A DNA stretch of 64,000 bases from Legionellales bacterium. GTDB lineage: Bacteria > Pseudomonadota > Gammaproteobacteria > Legionellales > Legionellaceae. Positions 19,103 through 28,720 of the stretch are shown here, piece after piece (within the stretch, counting starts at the first letter, position 1; each line of letters opens with the position of its first letter). The stretch is taken from NCBI GenBank assembly GCA_027449905.1, contig DAIDKT010000075.1, positions 28,263 through 92,262 on the forward strand, given 5' to 3'. A program made the position numbers and the translations under genes. Below the pieces are notes generated by a model. That model saw only the letters and a list, made by a program, of their open reading frames with translations, searched no databases and was not told the DNA's origin.

Positions 19103-20632
19103 TTAAACCCATAAAATCCGCCCAGTCATTTCTGTGGGGGGTTTAATGTCTAACAAAGCCAATAAGGTGGGCGCGACATCAACCAAGCTGGCAGGCCCGG
19201 GTCTGAATGAACGCTCAATTGGCCCGACATATAACAATGGAACTGGTTCACAGGTGTGAGCGGTATGTGGTTGTTGTGTTTTTTCATCAAACATACATTC
19301 TGCGTTACCATGATCTGCAGTTATCAATAACTGACCATGGGCTTTTTGAATCGCGTGCTTGATCAAAGAGAATGATTTATCTAAAGCTTCAATTGCGTGA
19401 ACTGCGGCGATAAAATTACCGGAATGCCCGACCATATCAGCGTTTGCATAATTACAAATAATCACATCATGCTGACCATTTTCAATGGCTGAAACCAAAC
19501 ACCGCGTTAGCTCGGGGGCGCTCATTTCCGGTTGTAAATCATAAGTTGCAATTTTGGGCGAAGGGATAAGTTGTCGCGCTTCATTTTCAAATAAGCGCTC
19601 AGAACCACCATTCATAAAAAAAGTCACATGGGCATATTTCTCAGTTTCTGCGAGTCGCAACTGCCGCAATCCATGTTTCGCGATGACCTCACCGAGGGTG
19701 TTGTGGAGATTTCGAGGCAAAAATGCGCATGTAGTTGGTAATCGTTTGTCGTACTCCGTCATGCTAACAAAGTAGCTCAAATTCAATTGATTAGGACGAT
19801 GAAAACCTTCGAACTCATGATTTAGAAAAGCCTCGGTTAACTGCCTGGCTCTATCCGATCTAAAATTGAAAAAAAGGACGGTGTCTCCGTTTTGAATCGA
19901 TGGTGATTTGCCGATCTGCGTTGGCGGAATAAACTCATCATGAATACCTTGTTGATAAAAAGATGCGATAGCTGAATCGACGGTAGGGAAGTGAGCATCG
20001 CTTTTTCCATCCACCAGTAATTGATATACTTTTTCTGTACGTGACCAGCGTTTATCTCGATCCATGGCATAATAACGGCCAGATAAGGTGCTAATTTGGG
20101 CGACTGGATATTGTGTGAGAACGGTTTGTAATGCCTGAATGGCTTGGGTAGCGCTTTGGGGTGGCGTATCTCGACCATCGAGAAACAGATGGAGATAAAC
20201 ACGAGAAAATTGATGTTGATGACAAAGAGCAAGAAAAGCAAATAAGTGATTCTGGTGGCTATGGACGCCTCCTTCAGAAAGTAATCCCATGACGTGGATG
20301 ACGCGATTTTGTTTTTTCATCGCTTGAATGGCGTTGATAAACGTTGGGTTCAGAGCAAAATCGCCCGTTGCAATGGCTTGATTAATGAAGGTTAAATCTT
20401 GCGGGATCAGGCGGCCAGCACCAATATGCATATGCCCTACCTCTGAATTCCCCATCTGTCCAGGTGGCAAGCCAACAGCAGGCCCGGATGCTTCTAATAA
20501 TTTGTGTGGACAGGTTTGCCACCATGTATTCCATTGCGGGGTATGCGCATTGGCAATGGCATTATATTCGGTCTGATGACGATATCCCCACCCATCAAGT
20601 ATGAGTAATACGACAGGACCTTTGTTATGCAT
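19103..20632 (-). CDS. gpmI: 2,3-bisphosphoglycerate-independent phosphoglycerate mutase
   Basis: Full-length iPGM pattern (LLILDGWG, GNSEVGH, DGRD, ADHGN). ATG at 20632 with AGGGG RBS. Confidence 0.9.
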   Translation of the reverse strand: MHNKGPVVLLILDGWGYRHQTEYNAIANAHTPQWNTWWQTCPHKLLEASGPAVGLPPGQMGNSEVGHMHIGAGRLIPQDLTFINQAIATGDFALNPTFINAIQAMKKQNRVIHVMGLLSEGGVHSHQNHLFAFLALCHQHQFSRVYLHLFLDGRDTPPQSATQAIQALQTVLTQYPVAQISTLSGRYYAMDRDKRWSRTEKVYQLLVDGKSDAHFPTVDSAIASFYQQGIHDEFIPPTQIGKSPSIQNGDTVLFFNFRSDRARQLTEAFLNHEFEGFHRPNQLNLSYFVSMTEYDKRLPTTCAFLPRNLHNTLGEVIAKHGLRQLRLAETEKYAHVTFFMNGGSERLFENEARQLIPSPKIATYDLQPEMSAPELTRCLVSAIENGQHDVIICNYANADMVGHSGNFIAAVHAIEALDKSFSLIKHAIQKAHGQLLITADHGNAECMFDEKTQQPHTAHTCEPVPLLYVGPIERSFRPGPASLVDVAPTLLALLDIKPPTEMTGRILWV

Positions 20633-20968
20633 GCAAACCCCTTTACCCAAAATGTTTCAAGAAGCGATAGTTTAGACGACATGATTTTTATGCTCAAGCT
20701 TTGAGTCGACTTGATGACATTTCTAACTTTACCTAAAAATGGTAATTTCAACTTCTCTTCGATCTAAAATAGAATGAATTATCGACGAAAGTCGGTATCC
20801 ATAGTGAGCAATGTGTGGATCCTGTGTGCAGGCCACGGTAATTCGTAAAAATTTCATCAAGTCGAGTAAAAGTTGCAGCTTGGAATATGTTGGATATAAA
20901 ACTTTTGCTTAAACTTTTCTTGCGTCTAGGGTAGACTATAGAACATTTTTGTCAATGGAAGAAGTGGT

Positions 20969-21703
20969 TTGAATCAGAAAATCCCTCAACACGTCGCAAT
21001 TATTATGGATGGCAATGGGCGTTGGGCTGCAAATAAAGGTTTGTCGCGCAGTGAAGGCCATCGTGCAGGTGTCGACGTCGTTAAGACGATTGTAAAGGCT
21101 TCCTTAGAAAATAAAATTAAATTTTTAAGCATTTGGGCTTTTGGGCAAGATAATTGGTCGCGTCCGATCGCGGAAGTTGATTTTTTAATGCAACTTTTTA
21201 TTCAGTCGTTGGAGCAAGAAATTGATGAATTAAATCAAAACGGCGTTAAGCTGCGTTTTACGGGCGATAGAAATCGTTTATCGCAACCATTGCAAGCGGG
21301 CATGCAGTTGGCAGAATCAATGACCATGCACAATCGTGTCCTAACCTTGAATGTGGTCATTAACTACGGCGGCAAATGGGATATTGTGCAAGCAACCAAA
21401 CAAATAGCCGCCCAGGTTGCAACGGGTAAGCTAACTATAGAAGACATTGATGAAAACTTGTTTTCTGTTTTTTTACAAACACATGATTTACCGGACCCTG
21501 ATCTGTTTATTCGGACCAGTGGCGAGCAACGGATCAGCAATTTCTTGCTATGGCAACTGGCTTATACAGAGATGTATTTTTCAGCAGTGTGTTGGCCAGA
21601 TTTTACGATCGATGAGTTTAATAAAGCGCTAGATAACTTTGCCAACCGCGAACGGCGTTTTGGAAGAACATCAGAACAAGTAAAAGAGGGTTGTCATGTT
21701 TAA
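20969..21703 (+). CDS. uppS: undecaprenyl (ditrans,polycis) diphosphate synthase
   Basis: HVAIIMDGNGRWA, RTSGEQRISNFLLWQLAY, ERRFG motifs. TTG start. Confidence 0.9.
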   Translation: MNQKIPQHVAIIMDGNGRWAANKGLSRSEGHRAGVDVVKTIVKASLENKIKFLSIWAFGQDNWSRPIAEVDFLMQLFIQSLEQEIDELNQNGVKLRFTGDRNRLSQPLQAGMQLAESMTMHNRVLTLNVVINYGGKWDIVQATKQIAAQVATGKLTIEDIDENLFSVFLQTHDLPDPDLFIRTSGEQRISNFLLWQLAYTEMYFSAVCWPDFTIDEFNKALDNFANRERRFGRTSEQVKEGCHV

Positions 21704-22502
21704 ACAGCGTTTGTTGACCACGCTTATCTTGGCGCCGTTGGTCTTGTTGGGGATCATCTATGGCAATATATGGATGTTGAGTGCTGTTGTGTTACTACTC
21801 ATGTTGCTTATGGGTTGGGAATGGCTGTCTTTAATCCCCGTGAAAGATATACTGCATCAGTGTTTGTTTATGTTGGGGTTATTGATTTGCTTGATTCCGA
21901 GTCTCTATTGGTTGGATTGGTATTTATGGTTTGGTTGGTTGGTTTGGATATGCATTTTTATTGCCATCGTTACATATCCAAAGTCACAACGCTATTGGGG
22001 ACATCCTGGCGTGGTTGGTGGTTTATGTATCGTGGTGTTAACGACTTTTTTGAGTAGTTTGTATGCGTTGATTCAAGTCGAGCATGGTCGTGAGCGTTTA
22101 ATTTATTTACTTTTTTTAGTTTGGGCTGCTGATATTGGCGCATATTTATTTGGAAAACGATGGGGGCGTCATCGATTAATTCCAGCAGTTAGCCCCGGAA
22201 AAACACTAGAAGGCCTTGCTGGTGGCTTCGTTTTGGTGTTATTGGTCGCTTGCGGCGGGTATTTGTATTTTGATGTTCAACAGCCATTGGTTTGGTTTAT
22301 TGCTGCTGTTTTTATTCTTTTCATTTCAATTATCGGCGATTTGTTTATTAGCCTTTTAAAGCGTCGCTGTCATTTAAAAGATACGGGCCACTTATTACCC
22401 GGTCATGGAGGAATCCTCGATCGTTTGGATAGTTTAATCGCGGCGTTGCCTTTTTTTTACTTATTTAGCGCTTGTTCGGGATTTTTAAGCCAGGGATTTT
22501 AA
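21696..22502 (+). CDS. cdsA: phosphatidate cytidylyltransferase
   Basis: Polytopic membrane protein with SPGKTxEG and GHGGxLDRxDS motifs. 8-nt overlap with uppS. Confidence 0.85.
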   Translation: MFKQRLLTTLILAPLVLLGIIYGNIWMLSAVVLLLMLLMGWEWLSLIPVKDILHQCLFMLGLLICLIPSLYWLDWYLWFGWLVWICIFIAIVTYPKSQRYWGHPGVVGGLCIVVLTTFLSSLYALIQVEHGRERLIYLLFLVWAADIGAYLFGKRWGRHRLIPAVSPGKTLEGLAGGFVLVLLVACGGYLYFDVQQPLVWFIAAVFILFISIIGDLFISLLKRRCHLKDTGHLLPGHGGILDRLDSLIAALPFFYLFSACSGFLSQGF

Positions 22503-22504
22503 CC

Positions 22505-23851
22505 ATGTTATATACAAGTTTTTACTTTATCCTGGCCTTATTGTTATTGATCATTGTTCATGAATCCGGACATTTTTTGGTGGCGCGCTGGTGTGGTGTC
22601 AAGGTCATTCGGTTTTCATTTGGTTTTGGCAAAATACTGGCATCTTGGTATGATAAAACCGGGACTGAGTATGCATGGTCGCTGTTACCATTCGGTGGCT
22701 ATGTCAAAATGCTGGACGAAGAGGAGGGTGACGTTCCATTCGACCAGCGCCACATGGCCTTTAATAATCAATCCTTACTCAAGCGCACAGCCATCGTGTT
22801 GGCTGGCCCTGTATTTAATTTTTTATTGGCCTTTGTCTTATTGTGGTTTGTTTGGGTGATTGGTGTAAAATCCCTGGTCCCTATCATCGATGAGGTTTAT
22901 CCAGATAGTTTGGCTGCGAGAGCTGGTCTGGTTGCAAAGCAGGAAATTTTGTTTTTTGATGAAAAACCAATGACAAGTTGGCGAGACTTTCAATATGCCT
23001 TGATGCCGTTGATAGGGTCACAAAAAAAAGTCGCGATGACGGTTAGGTCATTGGATGACAATAAACGAACGACGATTTATTTGCCATTGCATCAATGGCA
23101 AATAAATCCACGGGGACCTGATGTTTTAAAAAGTTTAGGCATTAAACCTTTTTTTCCTGTTATTCCGGCGATCGTTGGTGGTTTAATTTCAGGTTCGCCT
23201 GCGGAAAAAGCAGGTTTGCAAATTGATGATGTGATCATGGCGATTGATGGTGAAAAAGTTGATGATTGGTTATCATTGGTTCAATTTGTAAGAAGTCATC
23301 CACATCAATCCATGACGCTCTTGGTTAAGCGACATGGACATGATGTGAAACTGCCGATGGTGATAGGACAGCTCGAAGAATCCAAAAAAATGGAAGGATT
23401 TTTAGGTGTGAGTTCCAGGCCGATAGATTTTAATCCCGATTGGTTGCGGGTGAAACGAACAGGACCTATCCAAGCGATAGCCGAATCTTGTAAACAGACA
23501 GTAGAATTGACCAAAGATACTTTTATACTCATAGGACGGATTATCAGTGGCCACGTATCCCTTGAAAATATCAGTGGACCAGTAGGAATTGCGCAGAGTG
23601 CCGGCGAGTCAGCAAGAAATGGGTTTGTTTATTATCTATCTTTTATTGCACTCTTGAGTATCAGTTTAGGGGTTTTAAATATATTGCCTATCCCGCTTTT
23701 GGATGGTGGTCATTTATTTTTTTATTTTATTGAAGCTTGCATGGGACGACCACTTTCAAGTGCGATCAAAGCAAAATGTGCTTATTTGGGTTTGGCCCTG
23801 TTATTCTCTCTGACGGTGATTGCGTTGACAAATGATTTATCTAGGATGTAA
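22505..23851 (+). CDS. rseP: RIP zinc metalloprotease RseP
   Basis: HESGHF motif, two PDZ-like regions and C-terminal LDGGH. ATG at 22505 lies directly after the cdsA stop. Confidence 0.9.
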   Translation: MLYTSFYFILALLLLIIVHESGHFLVARWCGVKVIRFSFGFGKILASWYDKTGTEYAWSLLPFGGYVKMLDEEEGDVPFDQRHMAFNNQSLLKRTAIVLAGPVFNFLLAFVLLWFVWVIGVKSLVPIIDEVYPDSLAARAGLVAKQEILFFDEKPMTSWRDFQYALMPLIGSQKKVAMTVRSLDDNKRTTIYLPLHQWQINPRGPDVLKSLGIKPFFPVIPAIVGGLISGSPAEKAGLQIDDVIMAIDGEKVDDWLSLVQFVRSHPHQSMTLLVKRHGHDVKLPMVIGQLEESKKMEGFLGVSSRPIDFNPDWLRVKRTGPIQAIAESCKQTVELTKDTFILIGRIISGHVSLENISGPVGIAQSAGESARNGFVYYLSFIALLSISLGVLNILPIPLLDGGHLFFYFIEACMGRPLSSAIKAKCAYLGLALLFSLTVIALTNDLSRM

Positions 23852-23859
23852 AAATAATA

Positions 23860-26172
23860 ATGAAACATATCAGTAAACGGTTTTTATCAGTGGTTTGTGG
23901 TTCTTCGCTCTTCATGTTGGCAGCTCAGGTCAGCGCTGCCAACGGTTTTATTGTACGTGATATAAAAGTTACGGGATTACAGCGGGTTAGCCCAGGAACC
24001 GTGTTGAATTACTTGCCTGTCCAAATTGGTGAGGAAATTGGCCCCGAATCGACACCACAAATTATTCGAGCGTTGTACGAAACGGGGTTTTTTCAATCGG
24101 TGGTTTTAGAGCGCCAAGGAAGCACATTAATTGTTCAAGTTGTGGAGCGGGCAACGATCGGCTCGATCACGGTTGATGGCAACAGTGAAATTCCCGGCGA
24201 CAAAATGAAAGAAATTTTGAAAGAATTGGGCTTGGTTAAAGGATTGGTTTTCCAACGGGCTGCGTTGGAACGGCTCGAAAAAGAATTAAAACAGGCATAC
24301 AACGCCCGTGGCAAATACAATGCACGTATTAACGGAAAAGTTTCCCCCTTAACCGAAAATCGAGTTGCCATTCATGTCACGATTTCTGAGGGCAGGGTTT
24401 CACGAATTAAAGCGATTAAAATCATTGGTAATCATGATTTTTCCTCATCTGACTTATTACCAGCATTGAGTTTATCTTCCAGTAATATTTTTACCTATTT
24501 TACAAAAAAAGACCAATACTCAAAAGCAAGCATGGATGCCTCGTTAGAGGCGCTGCGTTCTTTTTATTTAGATCGAGGCTATTTGAAATTTAAAATTATT
24601 TCTTCTCAGGTTTTATTAGCCCCTGATAGAAAAGATGTTTTTATCAATATTCATATTGAAGAAGGACCACAATATCGTTTTTCAGGCTTTGATTTGGTTG
24701 GAAAAACAGTGATTGCTAAAGACAAATTGTCTCAATTAATTGACATCCAACGCGGAGAAGTCTTTTCACGAAAAAGAGTGACTGAAAGTGTCTCTGCGAT
24801 TAGTTTGGCGTTAGGAGATATAGGTTACGGTTTTCCCGCTGTGAATGCGGAACCGCAGGTGAATGAGCAAGATAAAACCGTGTTTATTCATTTTGTGATT
24901 GACCCAGGCCGACATGTTTATGTTCGCCGTATTAATTTTCATGGTAACACCAAAACCGCTGATTATGTTTTACGCAATGTTATTCGTCAAAATGAAGGAG
25001 CCTTGCTGTCGTTGCACAATATCAAAGAATCAGAAAGACAACTGCGCTTACTAAACTATTTGAAAGACATTAATGTTAAAACCACGCCTATTCCTGGCGC
25101 GAATAATCAAGTTGATTTAGATGTTGATATTGAAGAGGCGCCATCGGCTGAAGCGAGCGCGTCATTAGGTTACGGCACCACCGGGCCGCAATTTAACGCG
25201 GCATTTAATCAATATAATTTTATGGGAACCGGTCGAACCATTGGATTCGGGTTTAATGCGAGTTATTGGGGGCAAGATTATTCATTTAATTACTACAATC
25301 CGTTTTATACAAAAACAGGGATTGGTCGAGGAGTCGATGCTTACTTTCAAAAAGTAGATCCTAGACATTTAGATGTCAGTGCGTATAGCTCTGATCGTTA
25401 TGGTGGTGACGTGACTTATAATATCCGTTTGGGTGAGGCCAGTAGTTTGCAGGTGGGTTATGGTTATCAAGGCATCAATATTTTGTCAGTCGGTCGTGTA
25501 CAACAAATTCAGAATTTTGTAAATCAGCATGGCCGTGATTTTAATCAGGTGAGGTTAAGTTCAGGATGGAGTCGAAATAGCTACGATCGCATGCCATATC
25601 CAACCAAAGGGGTTAATCAACAAGGCGCGATATTGCTTTCATTGCCGGCTGCAACGCGTTCGTTAAATTATTATAAAGTATCATATCAGGCCCACATGTA
25701 CGCACCTATCTACCGTGGTTTTGTTTTTAGTGCGTTGGGTAATATTGGTTATGGTAATACCTACACTCGACAAGGCTTGCCTTTTTATGAAAACTTTTTT
25801 GCGGGAGGTATCGCACAACCAGGGCAAGTCCGCGGATATGAAAGCTATGGTTTGGGACCGCAGGATAATACCGGTGCGGCTATCGGTGCGAACTTACTCG
25901 TGAATGGAAGTGCGGGTATTATTTTACCATACCCGTTTAGTCGAGAAACCTTTCGTTCTACTTTGTTTATTGATGCTGGTAACGTCTTTGCTGAGGGAAT
26001 TCCTGCTGCCTTGACTGGAACACCTTCTGGACCCATGCGATTTTCAGGCGGCCTATCGCTTGAGTGGCGCTCACCATTTGGCCCATTGGCTTTTAGTGTT
26101 GCTTCACCGATTAACAAACAGCCAACCGATCAAACCCAGATCTTCCAGTTTTCTGTATCTTCTGGTTTTTAG
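23860..26172 (+). CDS. bamA: outer membrane protein assembly factor BamA
   Basis: Signal peptide, POTRA repeats and C-terminal beta-barrel ending in F. Conserved position after rseP. Confidence 0.9.
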   Translation: MKHISKRFLSVVCGSSLFMLAAQVSAANGFIVRDIKVTGLQRVSPGTVLNYLPVQIGEEIGPESTPQIIRALYETGFFQSVVLERQGSTLIVQVVERATIGSITVDGNSEIPGDKMKEILKELGLVKGLVFQRAALERLEKELKQAYNARGKYNARINGKVSPLTENRVAIHVTISEGRVSRIKAIKIIGNHDFSSSDLLPALSLSSSNIFTYFTKKDQYSKASMDASLEALRSFYLDRGYLKFKIISSQVLLAPDRKDVFINIHIEEGPQYRFSGFDLVGKTVIAKDKLSQLIDIQRGEVFSRKRVTESVSAISLALGDIGYGFPAVNAEPQVNEQDKTVFIHFVIDPGRHVYVRRINFHGNTKTADYVLRNVIRQNEGALLSLHNIKESERQLRLLNYLKDINVKTTPIPGANNQVDLDVDIEEAPSAEASASLGYGTTGPQFNAAFNQYNFMGTGRTIGFGFNASYWGQDYSFNYYNPFYTKTGIGRGVDAYFQKVDPRHLDVSAYSSDRYGGDVTYNIRLGEASSLQVGYGYQGINILSVGRVQQIQNFVNQHGRDFNQVRLSSGWSRNSYDRMPYPTKGVNQQGAILLSLPAATRSLNYYKVSYQAHMYAPIYRGFVFSALGNIGYGNTYTRQGLPFYENFFAGGIAQPGQVRGYESYGLGPQDNTGAAIGANLLVNGSAGIILPYPFSRETFRSTLFIDAGNVFAEGIPAALTGTPSGPMRFSGGLSLEWRSPFGPLAFSVASPINKQPTDQTQIFQFSVSSGF

Positions 26173-26311
26173 GGCTGTTTTGAGATGATGATATCGCAAC
26201 CGGGTATGATTTGTGTTAGTATCTTTTTCTTTAAAACTGAATTGTAAAAGAGATGAAGATCCTGTTTAATTTAGTTGAATTTATTGTTTTTTTCTATCGG
26301 GAGTGGTGATA

Positions 26312-26812
26312 ATGAAAAATCTAGGTGGCTTATTCATAGCGTGCATGTTTGCCTTGATTAGTGCGAACGTTTTTGCTGATGGCACAAAGATAGGTGTGGT
26401 GGATTTACAAAAGATTATGCAAACTTCTTCCCAAATGAAAGTCATTCAGGAAAAATTGGAAAAAGAGTTTAAGCCTCGTCGCGATAAGTTGGTTGCCATG
26501 GAAGAAGGGCTGAAAAAAGATATGGAATCATTTAAGCGTGATACATCGATCATGAATCAAACTCAACGTAAAGATTTGGAAAAGAAAATTGTTGGCGAAC
26601 AGCAACAATTTGAGCGCGACGGACAACAGTATCAACAAGAACTCAGCACAGCGCACAATGAAGCCATGGAAGATTTCTACAACAAAATTAGAGCAGCAAT
26701 AGCTAAAGTAGCGCAAAGCGAAAAATATGACGTTGTTTTTCAAAAAGATGCAGCGCCATTCAGTGTTGAAAAACTAGATGTGACAGCAAAAGTAATGCAG
26801 GAAATCAAGTAG
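26312..26812 (+). CDS. skp: periplasmic chaperone Skp (OmpH)
   Basis: Signal peptide, K/E/Q-rich helical protein and position after bamA. ATG at 26312 with GGGAG upstream. Confidence 0.8.
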   Translation: MKNLGGLFIACMFALISANVFADGTKIGVVDLQKIMQTSSQMKVIQEKLEKEFKPRRDKLVAMEEGLKKDMESFKRDTSIMNQTQRKDLEKKIVGEQQQFERDGQQYQQELSTAHNEAMEDFYNKIRAAIAKVAQSEKYDVVFQKDAAPFSVEKLDVTAKVMQEIK

Positions 26813-26910
26813 CGACGCTATGATCGTTTGTAGATGTTTCTGTTTGAAAACAGACTGAATTTTATGTGTTTTTAAAATAAAACCAACCTATTTCGGCTGA
26901 ATCAAACATA

Positions 26911-26925
26911 TTGTCAACAGACCCT
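26911..26925. repeat. isolated right-arm copy of the family-2 repeat (TTGTCAACAGACCCT)
   Basis: Identical 15-mer to 33309-33323. No convincing left arm. Confidence 0.35.
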
Positions 26926-27081
26926 CTGCCTCCTCTTTTAACTTGCGCTTTATTGTCCTCAACTCGAAGGTAGAGAGCGATCGTTGCTTTCGAACTGAAG
27001 ACAACCCTTAAGTCATCACATGAACAAAACGAGGCCCGAGTCAGGTGACCATCCAGGCAATTTTTAGTGAGATGTTTAGTT

Positions 27082-27552
27082 ATGAGCAAAGCAATTGAGA
27101 TTAATAAAATTCTCGAGTTATTGCCACATCGTTACCCGTTTCTTTTAATAGACCGGGTTCTTGATTATGTTGAGTTTGATTACTTAATAGCAATTAAGAA
27201 TGTAACGATGAATGAGCCATTCTTCAAGGGTCATTTTCCTGGTAACCCAATTATGCCCGGTGTGTTGATGCTGGAGGCGCTGGCACAAGCCAGTGCTATC
27301 TTGTCAAATTTATCGCGGACGGCAAAAGAAGGCCATGAATTTTTGTACTTTTTTGCTGGGATTGATAATGTGAAGTTCAAGCAAGTGGTCACACCAGGAG
27401 ATCAACTACGGCTGGATGTTAGGTTGTCAGGACGAAAACGCGATTTTTGGCGGATGCATTGTGAGGCTTATGTGGCGGATGCATTGGTTTGTTCTGCGGA
27501 TTTGATGAGCGCGGCCAAAGAGATACCAAAGGAAGATAAACGTGATAAGTGA
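27082..27552 (+). CDS. fabZ: 3-hydroxyacyl-ACP dehydratase FabZ
   Basis: ILELLPHRYPFLLIDRV, FFKGHFPGNPIMPGVL motifs. ATG at 27082. Confidence 0.9.
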   Translation: MSKAIEINKILELLPHRYPFLLIDRVLDYVEFDYLIAIKNVTMNEPFFKGHFPGNPIMPGVLMLEALAQASAILSNLSRTAKEGHEFLYFFAGIDNVKFKQVVTPGDQLRLDVRLSGRKRDFWRMHCEAYVADALVCSADLMSAAKEIPKEDKRDK

Positions 27553-28312
27553 ACATGCAATTGTCCATCCATCCGCAAAAATAGCAGAGGGTGTTGAGGT
27601 AGGACCTGGTACTATCATCGGAGCGGATGTAGAAATTGGCGAAGGTACTTGGGTTGGTCCTCATGTGGTTATTCAAGGCCCCGCTTTGATTGGTAAAAAT
27701 AATAAGATTTTTCAATTTGCATCAGTTGGTGATGCGCCACAGGATAAGACCTATCAAGGCGAACCAACACGGCTTGAAATTGGCGACAATAACATTATAC
27801 GTGAGTTTAGTATGATTAGTCGCGGCTCGATCAAAGGTGGTGGTTTAACACGTATTGGCCATAACAATTTTTTTATGGCTTATACACATGTCGGCCATGA
27901 TTGTGTGGTGGGTAACGAAGTGGTCATGGTTAACTATTCCGCTTTGTCGGGGCATGTGGTGGTTAATGATTACGTGAATATTGGCGCCTACGCTGGTGTT
28001 CATCAATTCTGTCATATCGGTGCCTATGCCTTTATCGCCAGGGCTACCTATGTAAATAAGGATGTTTTGCCCTATGTGATGATTGCTGGGCATATGACTA
28101 ATGCTTGCGGAATTAATCGAGTCGGTTTGCGACGCGGTGGATTTTCATCAACCGCGATTGATCAGTTACGTAGAGCCTATAAAATTATTTTTCGTAAAGG
28201 CTTAACGGTACAGCAAGCTGTGGCTGAATTAGAAATGATGCAGCAAGATTGTCCGGAAGTCATTCTGTTGATTGATTCTTTAAATCACTCAACCAGAGGG
28301 ATTGTTCGTTAA
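27542..28312 (+). CDS. lpxA: acyl-ACP--UDP-N-acetylglucosamine O-acyltransferase LpxA
   Basis: Hexapeptide-repeat protein collinear with E. coli LpxA (FASVGDAPQDKTYQGEPTRLEIGD, GINRVGLRRGGFS). GTG start overlaps the fabZ end. Confidence 0.9.
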   Translation: MISEHAIVHPSAKIAEGVEVGPGTIIGADVEIGEGTWVGPHVVIQGPALIGKNNKIFQFASVGDAPQDKTYQGEPTRLEIGDNNIIREFSMISRGSIKGGGLTRIGHNNFFMAYTHVGHDCVVGNEVVMVNYSALSGHVVVNDYVNIGAYAGVHQFCHIGAYAFIARATYVNKDVLPYVMIAGHMTNACGINRVGLRRGGFSSTAIDQLRRAYKIIFRKGLTVQQAVAELEMMQQDCPEVILLIDSLNHSTRGIVR

Positions 28313-28320
28313 TCGTAATT

Positions 28321-28504
28321 TCACACTCCGTAGATATGATTGTTCATATTTGCTCATCATGAACGAAAATAATTGTTGAAAATTCCCACACAGCGATGTA
28401 TGTAGCACTATTTCATAGTGGTTTTCGTTCAATCAGTACTTAAATATGACCATTTTCTGAGCGGCAGTATTATCCCTCCGAGCAGTTACGGTTATTAAAC
28501 TCAC
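28321..28504. repeat. family-3 repeat, long variant (reverse orientation, ~90-bp internal extra segment)
   Basis: Its reverse complement shares GTAACTGCTCGGAGGG..., ...AATGGTCATATTT and ...TATCTACGGAGTGTGA with 44311-44385 and 45973-46045. Confidence 0.6.
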
Positions 28505-28511
28505 AAAACGC

Positions 28512-28658
28512 ATAAGACCTCTTGCATAACATGCGCCTTTTGCATGATTGCGGCGTTATAACATTTCTTCGGTGCTCATTTACTTATGTAAACTCCGCTC
28601 CTCGAAATGTTTATTCCTTGCACTCAAACAAAATTCGCAGGTTATGCAAGAGGTCTAT
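28512..28658. mobile_element. family-6 MITE-like element, 147 bp, with ~23-bp terminal inverted repeats (ATAAGACCTCTTGCATAACATGCG / CGCAGGTTATGCAAGAGGTCTAT)
   Basis: Terminal inverted repeats read directly. There is an internal second inverted repeat (AACATTTC..GAAATGTT). Single copy in this window. Confidence 0.65.
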
Positions 28659-28720
28659 TGTAATCGACTACGAGTGACCACTGCACTGTTTTGACAATTC
28701 ATCTTCTGAAATCTGACTTG

